64,000 nucleotides of DNA from Candidatus Eiseniibacteriota bacterium (GTDB lineage Bacteria; Eisenbacteria; RBG-16-71-46; CAIMUX01; VGJL01). A model generated the notes under the pieces. The model made no database searches. It had not been told where the DNA came from and worked only from the letters and a program-made list of their open reading frames with translations. Below, in pieces: positions 30,026 through 38,461 of this stretch. The position numbers and the translations under genes were made by a program. Within the stretch, counting starts at the first letter, position 1, and each line of letters starts with the position of its first letter. The stretch is from positions 64,001-128,000 of the forward strand of contig JBHGAY010000012.1 of NCBI GenBank assembly GCA_041946735.1, read 5' to 3'.

Positions 30026-30133
30026 GGGTACCGGCATGAGGGGAGCAGCATGAGGGTACCGGCATGAGGGGAGCAGCATGAGGGCGGCGGCATGAGGGAG
30101 AGCAGCATGAAGGCGGCGGCATGAGGGAGAGCG
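30020..30133 (+). repeat. Eight-copy ~14-bp tandem repeat GCATGAGGG-N5 encoding six ATGA-coupled mini-ORFs
   Basis: Units start at 30020, 30034, 30048, 30062, 30076, 30090 (15 bp), 30105 and 30119. Confidence 0.9.
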
Positions 30134-32232
30134 AGTCGACCGGCGCGATGCGCGCGGACGCCGAGGCGGCGGCCCCGCTCGTCTCGCTGATCATCGTGCA
30201 CTTCCGCACGCCCGACGTGCTCGCCGCCTGTCTCGACTCGATCGCCGCGGCGCGGCTCGTCGCCGCGCACGAGGTGCTGGTGATCGACAACGCCCCCGTC
30301 GACGATCGCGCGGAGAGGCTTTGCGAGGGACGGCCGGGCGTCGTCTACGTCCGCAACGAGAAGAACGTCGGATTCGGCCGCGCCGTCAACCAGGGGCTGC
30401 GCGCGGGTCGAGGGGAGTTCCTGCTCGTACTGAACCCCGACGTGGAGGTGCGGGCCGGATCGGTGGAGCGGCTGATCGAGCAGATGGAGCGCGATCCGTC
30501 CGCCGGTCTCGTCGCGCCGAAGCTCCTCTATCCGGACGGCACGCTCCAGCACTCGTGCCGGACGTTCTACACCCTGCCGGTCTTTCTCCTGCGACGGACC
30601 TTCCTCGGCCGGCTCTTCCCGCGCCATCCGAAGCTGCGCGCGCACCTGATGCTCGACTACGACCACGAGACGACGCGGCCGGTCGACTGGTGCCTCGGAG
30701 CGAGCCTGCTCGCGCGCCGGCGCGCGGTCGAGGACGTCGGTCCGATGGATGAACGCTTCTTCCTCTACTTCGAGGACGTCGACTGGTGCTACCGAATGCA
30801 GGCGCGCGGCTGGCGGGTCCTCTACCATCCCGAGTCCGTGATGGTCCATCGCTACGAGCGGGCGAGCGCGCGGCGGCCGGGGAAGGGGCTCCTGATCCAC
30901 CTGGCCTCCACCCTCCGCTACTACGAGAAGTGGAGCTTCCTGCTGTATTGGCTGAAGCTCCGCTCGACCGCGATCCGCCGCGCGGTCCTGATCCTGTCCG
31001 ATCTGATCGCCGTCAACGCGGCGTTCGTCCTCGCCTATGCGATCCGCAACCTGAGCGGCCCGTTCTTCTCGAAGCCGATGTTCGGGCTGAACCGCTACAC
31101 CCGCCTGCTGCTCTTCACCGACGCGGTCGCGCTCCTCTCCCTCGCCTTCGCGGGGATGTACCGCGCGCGCCGGCGCGAGGAGGCGGGGGAGCAGGTCCTC
31201 GGCGCGACGCGCGCCATGGTGATGACGGCGCTCGTGACGATGGCCTCGACCTTCCTGTTCCCGTCGCCGGTCTACTCGAGGCTCGTCGTGGGTCTCTTCC
31301 TGCCGCTCTGCCTGCTGCTGATCCTCCTGTTCCGCTGGGGGATCTTCCACGCGCAGGGGAGCGTGCGGTCGCGTCGGATGCACCTGCGGCGCGTCGGCCT
31401 GCTCGCGCCCGAGAAAGACGCCGATCTGCTGCGCGCCCGCTCGGCGGAGCACGAGGAGTACGGCTTCGAGATCCTGCCGCTGCCGCCGGGGGCGGCCGTG
31501 CTGCGCGGCCGCGAGGGAGGACTGCAGGAGGCGGTATTCGCCTGGACGCAGGAGGAGCGGATCGCCGAGGTGGTGCTGTTCGAGGACTGGCCGGGCGGGG
31601 AGACGGCGCCGCTGATCCATCGCCTCGCGCGCGCCGGGATTCCGGTGCGCCTCGTGCCGCGGGCGCGCGACGCGATCGAGGCCGGCACCCGCATGGGGGA
31701 CTTCCTCGGCTTTCCGGCCCTGTCCGTGGCCGGCGCCCATCCCGCCGTCCGCTCCTGGGAAAAGCGAGCCGTCGACGGGGCGCTGGCGATCGTGTCGATC
31801 CTCCTCCTCGGGATCCCGTATCTCCTCGTCCGTCTCTGGCTCTTCGCCACGCGACGGCCGATCGAGAAGCACGAATGGATCGGGCGCGGCGGGGAGGTGC
31901 TCCGCACCGGCCGGCTGCCAGGACGTTGGCCGCGCGGGGCCTTCTTTACCGGCCTCCGCGACTTCCCTAGACTCGGGCGTTGGCTCGTCGGCCAGTGGAG
32001 CTTGGTCGGGATCCATCCCTTCGAAGCCTCGATCTGGCCGGATCTCCCCGAGACGTACCGTCGATTCCCCCCCGACGCTCCTCCGGGATGGATCACGCTG
32101 GCGGACCGGCATGGCAGCCGATCCGCCGAGCAGATCTGCGCCGCGAATCGGGAGTATGTCGGGCGGTGGAGCCTGGCCCTGGACATCGATCTCGTGATCG
32201 AGAGGTTGAGAGGAAGGAAGGAAAGCCCGTGA
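30121..32232 (+). CDS. GT2 glycosyltransferase fused to a WcaJ-like membrane / degenerate phosphoglycosyltransferase module
   Basis: NVGFGRAVNQG; LNPD; FFLYFEDVDWC; then 4 TMs, KRAVD..., WSLVG, YVGRWSLALDI. Confidence 0.85.
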   Translation: MRESESTGAMRADAEAAAPLVSLIIVHFRTPDVLAACLDSIAAARLVAAHEVLVIDNAPVDDRAERLCEGRPGVVYVRNEKNVGFGRAVNQGLRAGRGEFLLVLNPDVEVRAGSVERLIEQMERDPSAGLVAPKLLYPDGTLQHSCRTFYTLPVFLLRRTFLGRLFPRHPKLRAHLMLDYDHETTRPVDWCLGASLLARRRAVEDVGPMDERFFLYFEDVDWCYRMQARGWRVLYHPESVMVHRYERASARRPGKGLLIHLASTLRYYEKWSFLLYWLKLRSTAIRRAVLILSDLIAVNAAFVLAYAIRNLSGPFFSKPMFGLNRYTRLLLFTDAVALLSLAFAGMYRARRREEAGEQVLGATRAMVMTALVTMASTFLFPSPVYSRLVVGLFLPLCLLLILLFRWGIFHAQGSVRSRRMHLRRVGLLAPEKDADLLRARSAEHEEYGFEILPLPPGAAVLRGREGGLQEAVFAWTQEERIAEVVLFEDWPGGETAPLIHRLARAGIPVRLVPRARDAIEAGTRMGDFLGFPALSVAGAHPAVRSWEKRAVDGALAIVSILLLGIPYLLVRLWLFATRRPIEKHEWIGRGGEVLRTGRLPGRWPRGAFFTGLRDFPRLGRWLVGQWSLVGIHPFEASIWPDLPETYRRFPPDAPPGWITLADRHGSRSAEQICAANREYVGRWSLALDIDLVIERLRGRKESP

Positions 32233-34484
32233 TCCGCATCGACCGCCGCGTCCGCTTCCGCCCGCTTCTCGCCTTGGCGGCCTCGCTCGCGATCGCTTTC
32301 GCTGCCCTGATCGCCGGCGTCGCCGCTCCGGCTTCGGGCCAGACGACCGGACGCTGGACCACCTACCTCAACACCAACAACGTGCGCGGCCTCGCCTGGG
32401 ATGGATCGCGGTTCTGGCTCGCGACGATGGGCGGAGCTGTCGGCTATGACCCGGCGACGGGGGAGATCGACACCTTCCACCGGCGCAATGGCGGCCTGCT
32501 GAGCGATTCGCTGCGCGCCGTCGCGGTCGGTCCTGACGGCCGGGTCTGGTTCGGGAGCGACCGGGCCGGGATCTCCGTCCTCGATCCGGCGAGTGGAACC
32601 TGGGACGCGTTCACGAGCTTGCTCCAGCCGATCCCCGGCAACGAGATCCGCTCGCTGGCCATCCGCGGCGACACGCTCTTCGTCGGGACCGCCCACGGCT
32701 TCACGATCTTCGAAGGCGACACGGTGCGTGCGGTCTGCTTCGAGGGGATCGACCTTTGCGGATTGCCGAACTACGAGGTCCGCGACATCGTCTCCGATCC
32801 TGCGGGGGACGGTTTCTGGTTCGCGACCTCCGGCGGCGTCGCGCACCGCGATCGCGCGGGGGCGTGGACCGTCTACGCCGATCCGCCTTCGAACACGACG
32901 GTGCAGCGCCTCATCCGGCACCGCGGCGAGTGGGTCGGAGCCTTCCCGGACGGCGTGCGCGTGCTGCGCCAAGGCGCCTGGACGCTCCTCGCCTCCGGCC
33001 TCCCGCAGGATCCGGTGATCTCCGACCTGCTCTCCGAAGGCGATGTCCTCTGGGTCGCGTCCGCGCGTGGCGTCTACCGTCGCGACGGGGACGGCGACTT
33101 CGTCCCCGTCGGCGACCCGGTCATCGCGGGAACCAGGCTGTTGCGAACTCCCGACGGCGCGCTCTGGGCGTCGACGTTGGACGTGCGCGAGTGGATGAAC
33201 GGGCTCTGGCGGCTCTCTCCGGACGGAGCGACCTGGACACGCAAGGCCTTCCCGGGGCCCGGAATCCGCGCGCACTGGCTGGCCCTCGCGTTCGATCGGG
33301 ACGGCTTGCTGCACGGCACGACCGCGCAGGTGGGGGAGGCCCCCTTCTACCAGACCTTCGACGGACGCAACTGGTCGAATCCGGAGAACCTTCGCGACTG
33401 GAGCTTCGACATCCTCTTCACGGCCGACGGCACGCAGTGGCTCGCCCAGTGCTGCTGCGGCGCGAGCGGCAGCTGCGAGCTGAGCTTCAAGAACGGCCCG
33501 TCGCGCGAGTATCTCGAGCCGCGCAACGTTCGCGATCTCGCGCTCGACGAGCAGGGGCGCATCTGGGCCGGCTCGTACAACGACGACGACCAGTGGGCCG
33601 AAGGGATCTACATGCGTCCGGCGAACGGATCCGACTGGCAGCAGTTCACCGTCGCGTCGACCGGGACCATGCTCAGCAATCGCGTCCGCGCCATCATTCC
33701 CTACCGAGGCGAGGTCTGGATCGGCTACGCGCAGGCCGGCGTCCATCGGTGGAACCCGGGAGCGGACGGCGTCTACGGCACGGTCGACGATACCTGGACG
33801 CTCTATTCGACCGAGACGCCGGGACGGACGCTGCTTTCCGACGGAGTCACGCGGATCGCTCCGCAGGGGTCGAAGATCTGGATCGGAACGGCGGGCGGGA
33901 TCTCGATCGTCGATCTGGAAACCGGGGCCATCACGCAGATCGGGCAGGCGTACGACCGCCTGCCTTCGTCGCAGGTGAACTTCCTGCTTCCGACCGACGA
34001 TGGCGGCGCGTGGGTCTCGACCTTCCAGTCGGGCCTCACGCGGATGACACCGGAGGGGTCGTTCTTCACCTTCACCACCTACACTCCTCCCGACCTTCCC
34101 AACCCCAACGTCGAGACGCTCGCCATCGATCCCGACGGGCGGAGCCTCTGGATCGGCACCTCGCGCGGCCTCGCCCATTTCGTTCCCCCGGCGGCCGGCC
34201 AGGAGGGGAAAGCGGACCTGGCTGCCTATCCGAACCCGTTCCTGCCCGGATGCTCCGACGGGATCCGGCTTCTCGGCTACGAGGGAAGCGGGGACGGCAT
34301 CGTCGTCGATCTCAGCGGCAAGACGGTGCGGCGTTTCGAGCGTAGGTACGCGGGCGATCTCGTCTGGGACGGACTGGACGGCTCCGGCGATCCTGTTTCG
34401 CCGGGGCTCTACTGGATCCGCCTCTCGACGCCCGAGGGGATCCGTGCCGTCGGCGTCGGGATCGCGGACGGTCCCTGCCGGTAG
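32229..34484 (+). CDS. PorZ-like secreted beta-propeller protein with T9SS/FlgD-Ig-like C-terminal domain
   Basis: Signal peptide; WTTYLN; repeated LxSxxVxxI...lWiGT.GG propeller blades; C-terminal AYPNPF...DLSGKTVR...WDG.D.SG..VSPGLYWI. Confidence 0.75.
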   Translation: MIRIDRRVRFRPLLALAASLAIAFAALIAGVAAPASGQTTGRWTTYLNTNNVRGLAWDGSRFWLATMGGAVGYDPATGEIDTFHRRNGGLLSDSLRAVAVGPDGRVWFGSDRAGISVLDPASGTWDAFTSLLQPIPGNEIRSLAIRGDTLFVGTAHGFTIFEGDTVRAVCFEGIDLCGLPNYEVRDIVSDPAGDGFWFATSGGVAHRDRAGAWTVYADPPSNTTVQRLIRHRGEWVGAFPDGVRVLRQGAWTLLASGLPQDPVISDLLSEGDVLWVASARGVYRRDGDGDFVPVGDPVIAGTRLLRTPDGALWASTLDVREWMNGLWRLSPDGATWTRKAFPGPGIRAHWLALAFDRDGLLHGTTAQVGEAPFYQTFDGRNWSNPENLRDWSFDILFTADGTQWLAQCCCGASGSCELSFKNGPSREYLEPRNVRDLALDEQGRIWAGSYNDDDQWAEGIYMRPANGSDWQQFTVASTGTMLSNRVRAIIPYRGEVWIGYAQAGVHRWNPGADGVYGTVDDTWTLYSTETPGRTLLSDGVTRIAPQGSKIWIGTAGGISIVDLETGAITQIGQAYDRLPSSQVNFLLPTDDGGAWVSTFQSGLTRMTPEGSFFTFTTYTPPDLPNPNVETLAIDPDGRSLWIGTSRGLAHFVPPAAGQEGKADLAAYPNPFLPGCSDGIRLLGYEGSGDGIVVDLSGKTVRRFERRYAGDLVWDGLDGSGDPVSPGLYWIRLSTPEGIRAVGVGIADGPCR

Positions 34485-35883
34485 CCGGCCGGCGGCGGGG
34501 GACGCGCGGCGCCGCGAGAAGCGCGTCGTCTACGCCGCCTACTTCTTTCCGCCCACCGGAGGGGCGGGCGTCCAGAGGACGCTGAAGTTCGTCCGCCATC
34601 TTCCCTCCTTCGGATGGACGACGGTCGTCGTCACGACGCGGGAAGAAGCGTACTGGATGCGCGATCCGACCCTCCTTGCCGAGGTGCCTCCCGAGGCGCG
34701 GGTCGTGCGCACGCGGGCCTGGACGGGACTCACGCTGCTCGGCGTCCTGCGCGGGCGCCCCCGCCCGCCATCCGGTCCCTCGGTCCCCGCCGAGGACCGC
34801 GCGGGGGAAGTCGCGAGCGCGCCGCCGCGAACGGCGCGGCGCGAGGGATCCACGCAGGGCCGGCTCCGGCGGGCCGCGTCGTGGCTCTTCGTCCCCGATT
34901 CGTATCTCGGCTGGGTGCCGTTCGCGCGCCGCGCCGTCGCGCGCGAGCTCGAGCGGGGCGGCGTCCTGGTCACCACGTCTTCTCCGGACAGCGCGCACCT
35001 GATCGGGCTCGGCCTCGTGGCCGGCCGAGGAATCGGGGCCGGGCCGGCCGGGCGCCGGATCCCCTGGGTCGCGGACTTCCGCGATCCATGGGTGCGCCGC
35101 ATGAGCCTCTCTCCGCCCACCGCGCTCCATGCCCGGGCGCACGAGGCGCTCGAGGCGCGCGTGGTCCGCGCCTGCACGCGGATGATCGTCACCTCCGAGG
35201 CGACCCGGCGCGACTATCTCGCCCGCTATCCCGAGCTCGACCCGGGCAAGATCGTCACAATCACAAATGGATACGACGAGGAGGACTTCGCTGGAGTCCC
35301 GGTCGCGCCCGCGCGCGACTTCCGGCTCGTGCACGTGGGTCAGCTCAATCCCGAGAGGCCGATCGGCCCGCTGCTCGACCACCTCGAGGCGTTCTTCGCG
35401 ATCCGCCCCCGAGCGCGGACGGAGACGATCGTCGAGATGATCGGTCCTCGCTACGCCGAGGACGAGGCGGAGGCCGAGCGGCGCGGGTTCGGCCGCCTGG
35501 TCCGTTTCGCCGGCGCCGTCGCCCACCGCCAGGCGATCGAGCGGATGCTGGCGGCGCGGGTCCTCGTCCTTCTCGAGCAGGAGAGCGAGCGCGGGGCGCT
35601 GATCCTCCCCGGGAAGATCTTCGAGTACCTCCGCTCCGGGCGGCCGGTCTTCGGCCTCGTCCCTCGTGGGGCCGCGTGGGAGCTGCTGGAGGAGACGCGG
35701 GCGGGACGAGCCGCACTGCCTTCCTCTCCGCGGGACGGGGCGGCCATCCTCGCCGGTCTCTATGACCGCTGGAGCGCCGGCGAGACCCTCGAGCCGCCGT
35801 CCGATCGCGCCCGCATCGCCTCCTTCGAGCGGCGTCCTCTCACCGCCCGCCTCGCCGCCCTGCTCGACGATCTCCTGTCCTAG
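34444..35883 (+). CDS. Glycosyltransferase family 4 (start uncertain)
   Basis: YFFPPTGGAGVQRTLKF; WVADFRDPW; ITNGYD; PGKIFEYL. Confidence 0.88.
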   Translation: MPSASGSRTVPAGSRPAAGDARRREKRVVYAAYFFPPTGGAGVQRTLKFVRHLPSFGWTTVVVTTREEAYWMRDPTLLAEVPPEARVVRTRAWTGLTLLGVLRGRPRPPSGPSVPAEDRAGEVASAPPRTARREGSTQGRLRRAASWLFVPDSYLGWVPFARRAVARELERGGVLVTTSSPDSAHLIGLGLVAGRGIGAGPAGRRIPWVADFRDPWVRRMSLSPPTALHARAHEALEARVVRACTRMIVTSEATRRDYLARYPELDPGKIVTITNGYDEEDFAGVPVAPARDFRLVHVGQLNPERPIGPLLDHLEAFFAIRPRARTETIVEMIGPRYAEDEAEAERRGFGRLVRFAGAVAHRQAIERMLAARVLVLLEQESERGALILPGKIFEYLRSGRPVFGLVPRGAAWELLEETRAGRAALPSSPRDGAAILAGLYDRWSAGETLEPPSDRARIASFERRPLTARLAALLDDLLS

Positions 35884-35963
35884 CCGAACGTTCCTTCGAC
35901 AAGCAACGCGACGACTGGCTCGCTAAGCCAGAGAGAAACTTGCACTTAAGTGCGAGTACCCCC

Positions 35964-36026
35964 TTGACGATCTTCGGGGTGGTGGTGCATTGTGGGGCTC
36001 CAGGGATTGTAGTGGGTCATTAGGGA
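35964..36026 (+). promoter_or_regulatory. dcw (Pmra) promoter with MraZ-box-like repeats
   Basis: TTGACG-18 bp-CATTGT; GTGGT/GTGGG/AGGGA/GTGGG/AGGGA at 35982, 35992, 36002, 36012 and 36022 (10-bp period). Confidence 0.65.
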
Positions 36027-36047
36027 GACGGCACCTCGGAGGGGTCG

Positions 36048-36512
36048 GTGATCCCGTTCTTGGGCGAGTACCGCTACGCGGTCGACGAGAAGGGGCGCGT
36101 CAACGTCCCGGCCAAGTTCCGGGACATCCTGAAGAAGATGGACGAGGAGCAGCAGCTCGTCCTGACCAAGGGATTCGACAGCTGTCTCTACCTCTTTCCG
36201 ATCGCGTCGTGGGAGCGCTTCCAGGAACAGCTGAGCAACGACGAGATGCAGGCCGAAGGGGTCGCGCGCTACTTCGAGAGGCTGTTCGTCCGGGGCGGCT
36301 CGGTCCTCTCGCCCGATGCCCAGGGACGGATTCCCCTCACCTCCGAGCAGCGCGCGTGGGCGCAGATCAGCAAGGAAGTGATCGTCTTCGGAAACAATCG
36401 AAAGATGGAGCTGTGGTCCCCGGCCGTCTTCGAAAAGTACATGAACGAAGGCGAGGGGTCGGATCAGTCGGTCGAGCAGATGGCGAAGCAGTACTTCCGC
36501 AAACATTTCTGA
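36048..36512 (+). CDS. mraZ: Division/cell-wall cluster transcriptional repressor
   Basis: FLGEY..VDEKGR..VP; DAQGRI; ELWS. Confidence 0.95.
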   Translation: MIPFLGEYRYAVDEKGRVNVPAKFRDILKKMDEEQQLVLTKGFDSCLYLFPIASWERFQEQLSNDEMQAEGVARYFERLFVRGGSVLSPDAQGRIPLTSEQRAWAQISKEVIVFGNNRKMELWSPAVFEKYMNEGEGSDQSVEQMAKQYFRKHF

Positions 36513-36572
36513 CATCGGGGATGGACATTCGGCGCGTCGCGCGATCGCGAGGCGCGCAGCGCGGGGGAAGGG

Positions 36573-37004
36573 ATGCACACAGGGACGACGCAACGTACAA
36601 GCAGGAGGGAACGCGCGGCGCGACGCGTGCGGCGCGAGTGGATCGAGCGGCCGGAAGGGGACCTTGGCCGCGTGGAGCTCCAGCGGCTCGCCTCGCGGCT
36701 CGAGTCGCTCCCGGCCGGAACGCGACGCGTCCGGATCGAGTGGGGCCTGGTCCGTCATCTCGACTTCCGCGCGATCCCCGCGCTCGGGGCGAGTCTGCAG
36801 CACGCGCGGCGCTTCGGCGTCGAGGTGCGCGGCATCGATTGCGATCCGTATCTCGCCGCGCTCCTGAGCCTCGCGCTCGATCGCGAGGATGCGGAGCTCC
36901 TGACCGGGGCGAGACGCGGCCGGCGTTCGCGGGCCGCGTTCCGTCACGCGGCGGCCGGACGCCTGGCGCGGCTCGCTTCGCCGCGTTCGATTTCGCGGAA
37001 CTAG
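36573..37004 (+). CDS. STAS-like (anti-anti-sigma fold) hypothetical protein
   Basis: EGDL...V.IEW..VRHLDFRAI..L...ARRFG.EV....DPYL..LL.L pattern; fills the mraZ-rsmH gap. Confidence 0.55.
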   Translation: MHTGTTQRTSRRERAARRVRREWIERPEGDLGRVELQRLASRLESLPAGTRRVRIEWGLVRHLDFRAIPALGASLQHARRFGVEVRGIDCDPYLAALLSLALDREDAELLTGARRGRRSRAAFRHAAAGRLARLASPRSISRN

Positions 37005-37145
37005 GCCGGTCGGTTGCGAACGATTTCGGCGAGCGCGGCCCGGGGGCAGGTTCTCGGGCAAAACCCAAAGGCCGGGGCTTCCATCCCTCCTGGCTCCGCC
37101 AGCGTCGGAGGTCCTCGGGCCGCCTCCTTGCCGAAGAGGTGCGGA

Positions 37146-38024
37146 ATGCACGAGCCGGTGCTCGTCGACGTCGTGGCCGAGATGCTCGTGACCGATCCTT
37201 CCGGCCTCTATGTGGACGGGACGGTCGGCGGCGCGGCGCACGCGCGCAAGATCCTGGAACGCTTGAGCCCCGAGGGTTGCCTCTGGGGATTCGATTGGGA
37301 CGAGGGGATGCTCGAGATCGCACGCCGGCGCCTCTCTTCGGATTCGGAGAGGGTGACACTGTTCCACGATCCGTTCTCGCAGATCGGCGCGCGGCTCGCC
37401 GGCGCCGGCAGGCGCGCGCATGGGGTGCTCCTCGATCTCGGACTGAACACCGAGGTGCTCGACGATCCTGCCCGAGGGTTCCAGTATCGTGATCCCTCCT
37501 CCCCGCTCGACATGCGGATGGACCGGCGTCGTGAGCGGACGGCGGCATCGATCCTGAATGGGTCGTCCGAGGAGGATCTCCTGCGCCTCTTCCGGGAGCG
37601 TGGGGAGCTGCGTAGGCCGCGCGCCGCCGCTCGGGCGATCGTGCGGGAGCGCGAGCGGGCTCCACTCGCGACCTCGGGCGATCTGATTCGGGGCCTGCGG
37701 CGCGGCGGAGCCCTCTCGGGCGGTCCGGCCGAACTGTCCCGTCTCTATCAAGCCCTGCGCTTCGAAGTCAACGGGGAGCTCGAAGAGCTCGACGCGGCGC
37801 TCCGGCAGGCTCCCGAGTGGCTGGTCGTGTCAGGACGTCTCGCCGTCCTGTCGTACGAGTCGCTCTCGGATCGTCGCGTCAAGCAGGTCGATCGCCCCGG
37901 TCCCGGCCACGTTCCCCACATGCGATCTCTCACCCGGCGCGTCATTCGTCCCGATCGGGACGAAACGCGCCGCAACCCGCGCGCTCGCTCGGCGAAGCTG
38001 CGCGTGCTGGAAAGGACGGTCTGA
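37146..38024 (+). CDS. rsmH: 16S rRNA m4C1402 methyltransferase
   Basis: MHEPVL; VDGTVG; PLDMRMD; QALRFEVN; NPRARSAKLR. Confidence 0.95.
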   Translation: MHEPVLVDVVAEMLVTDPSGLYVDGTVGGAAHARKILERLSPEGCLWGFDWDEGMLEIARRRLSSDSERVTLFHDPFSQIGARLAGAGRRAHGVLLDLGLNTEVLDDPARGFQYRDPSSPLDMRMDRRRERTAASILNGSSEEDLLRLFRERGELRRPRAAARAIVRERERAPLATSGDLIRGLRRGGALSGGPAELSRLYQALRFEVNGELEELDAALRQAPEWLVVSGRLAVLSYESLSDRRVKQVDRPGPGHVPHMRSLTRRVIRPDRDETRRNPRARSAKLRVLERTV

Positions 38025-38026
38025 CG

Positions 38027-38461
38027 ATGGCGTACCGCGGCCGAAGGGTTCGACGGCGCGGCGGCGAGACGAAGGTGCTCCTCGTCGTCCTCGCCTTTGT
38101 CGCCTACTCGGGTCTCGTCGTCTACCAGAGGTTCGAGGTGCGCGAGCGCGCCGGAAGGATCGAGCGGCTCGAGCAGCGCCTCCAGGAAGCGCGGACCGAC
38201 GAGCAGCTGACGCGGCTGAAGCTCGATCAGGCCTGCGCGTTCCCCGCCGTTCAGCAGCACGCAAGAGAGCGGTGGGGCATGACCGTCGCGGACGCCACGC
38301 AGCGGGTCCTGCTGCGCGGGCCGGCCGAGCCGGCGGTGGAAGCGCAGCCCGCGTCCCGGACCGGCCTCGCCTCGCGCCTGACCCGTCTCTTCCGTCCTGA
38401 GGTCGCCATGGCAAGCACCGCAGCACCCCGGCGCCAGGACGATGGGACGGGGTCGCGCTGA
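38027..38461 (+). CDS. ftsL: FtsL-like cell division protein
   Basis: Basic N-terminus, single TM, coiled coil, ARERWGM; position between rsmH and ftsI. Confidence 0.7.
   Translation: MAYRGRRVRRRGGETKVLLVVLAFVAYSGLVVYQRFEVRERAGRIERLEQRLQEARTDEQLTRLKLDQACAFPAVQQHARERWGMTVADATQRVLLRGPAEPAVEAQPASRTGLASRLTRLFRPEVAMASTAAPRRQDDGTGSR

Noticed and set aside
30020..30133. CRISPR array
   Set aside because: Units are only 14-15 bp with no unique spacers, and there are no cas genes.
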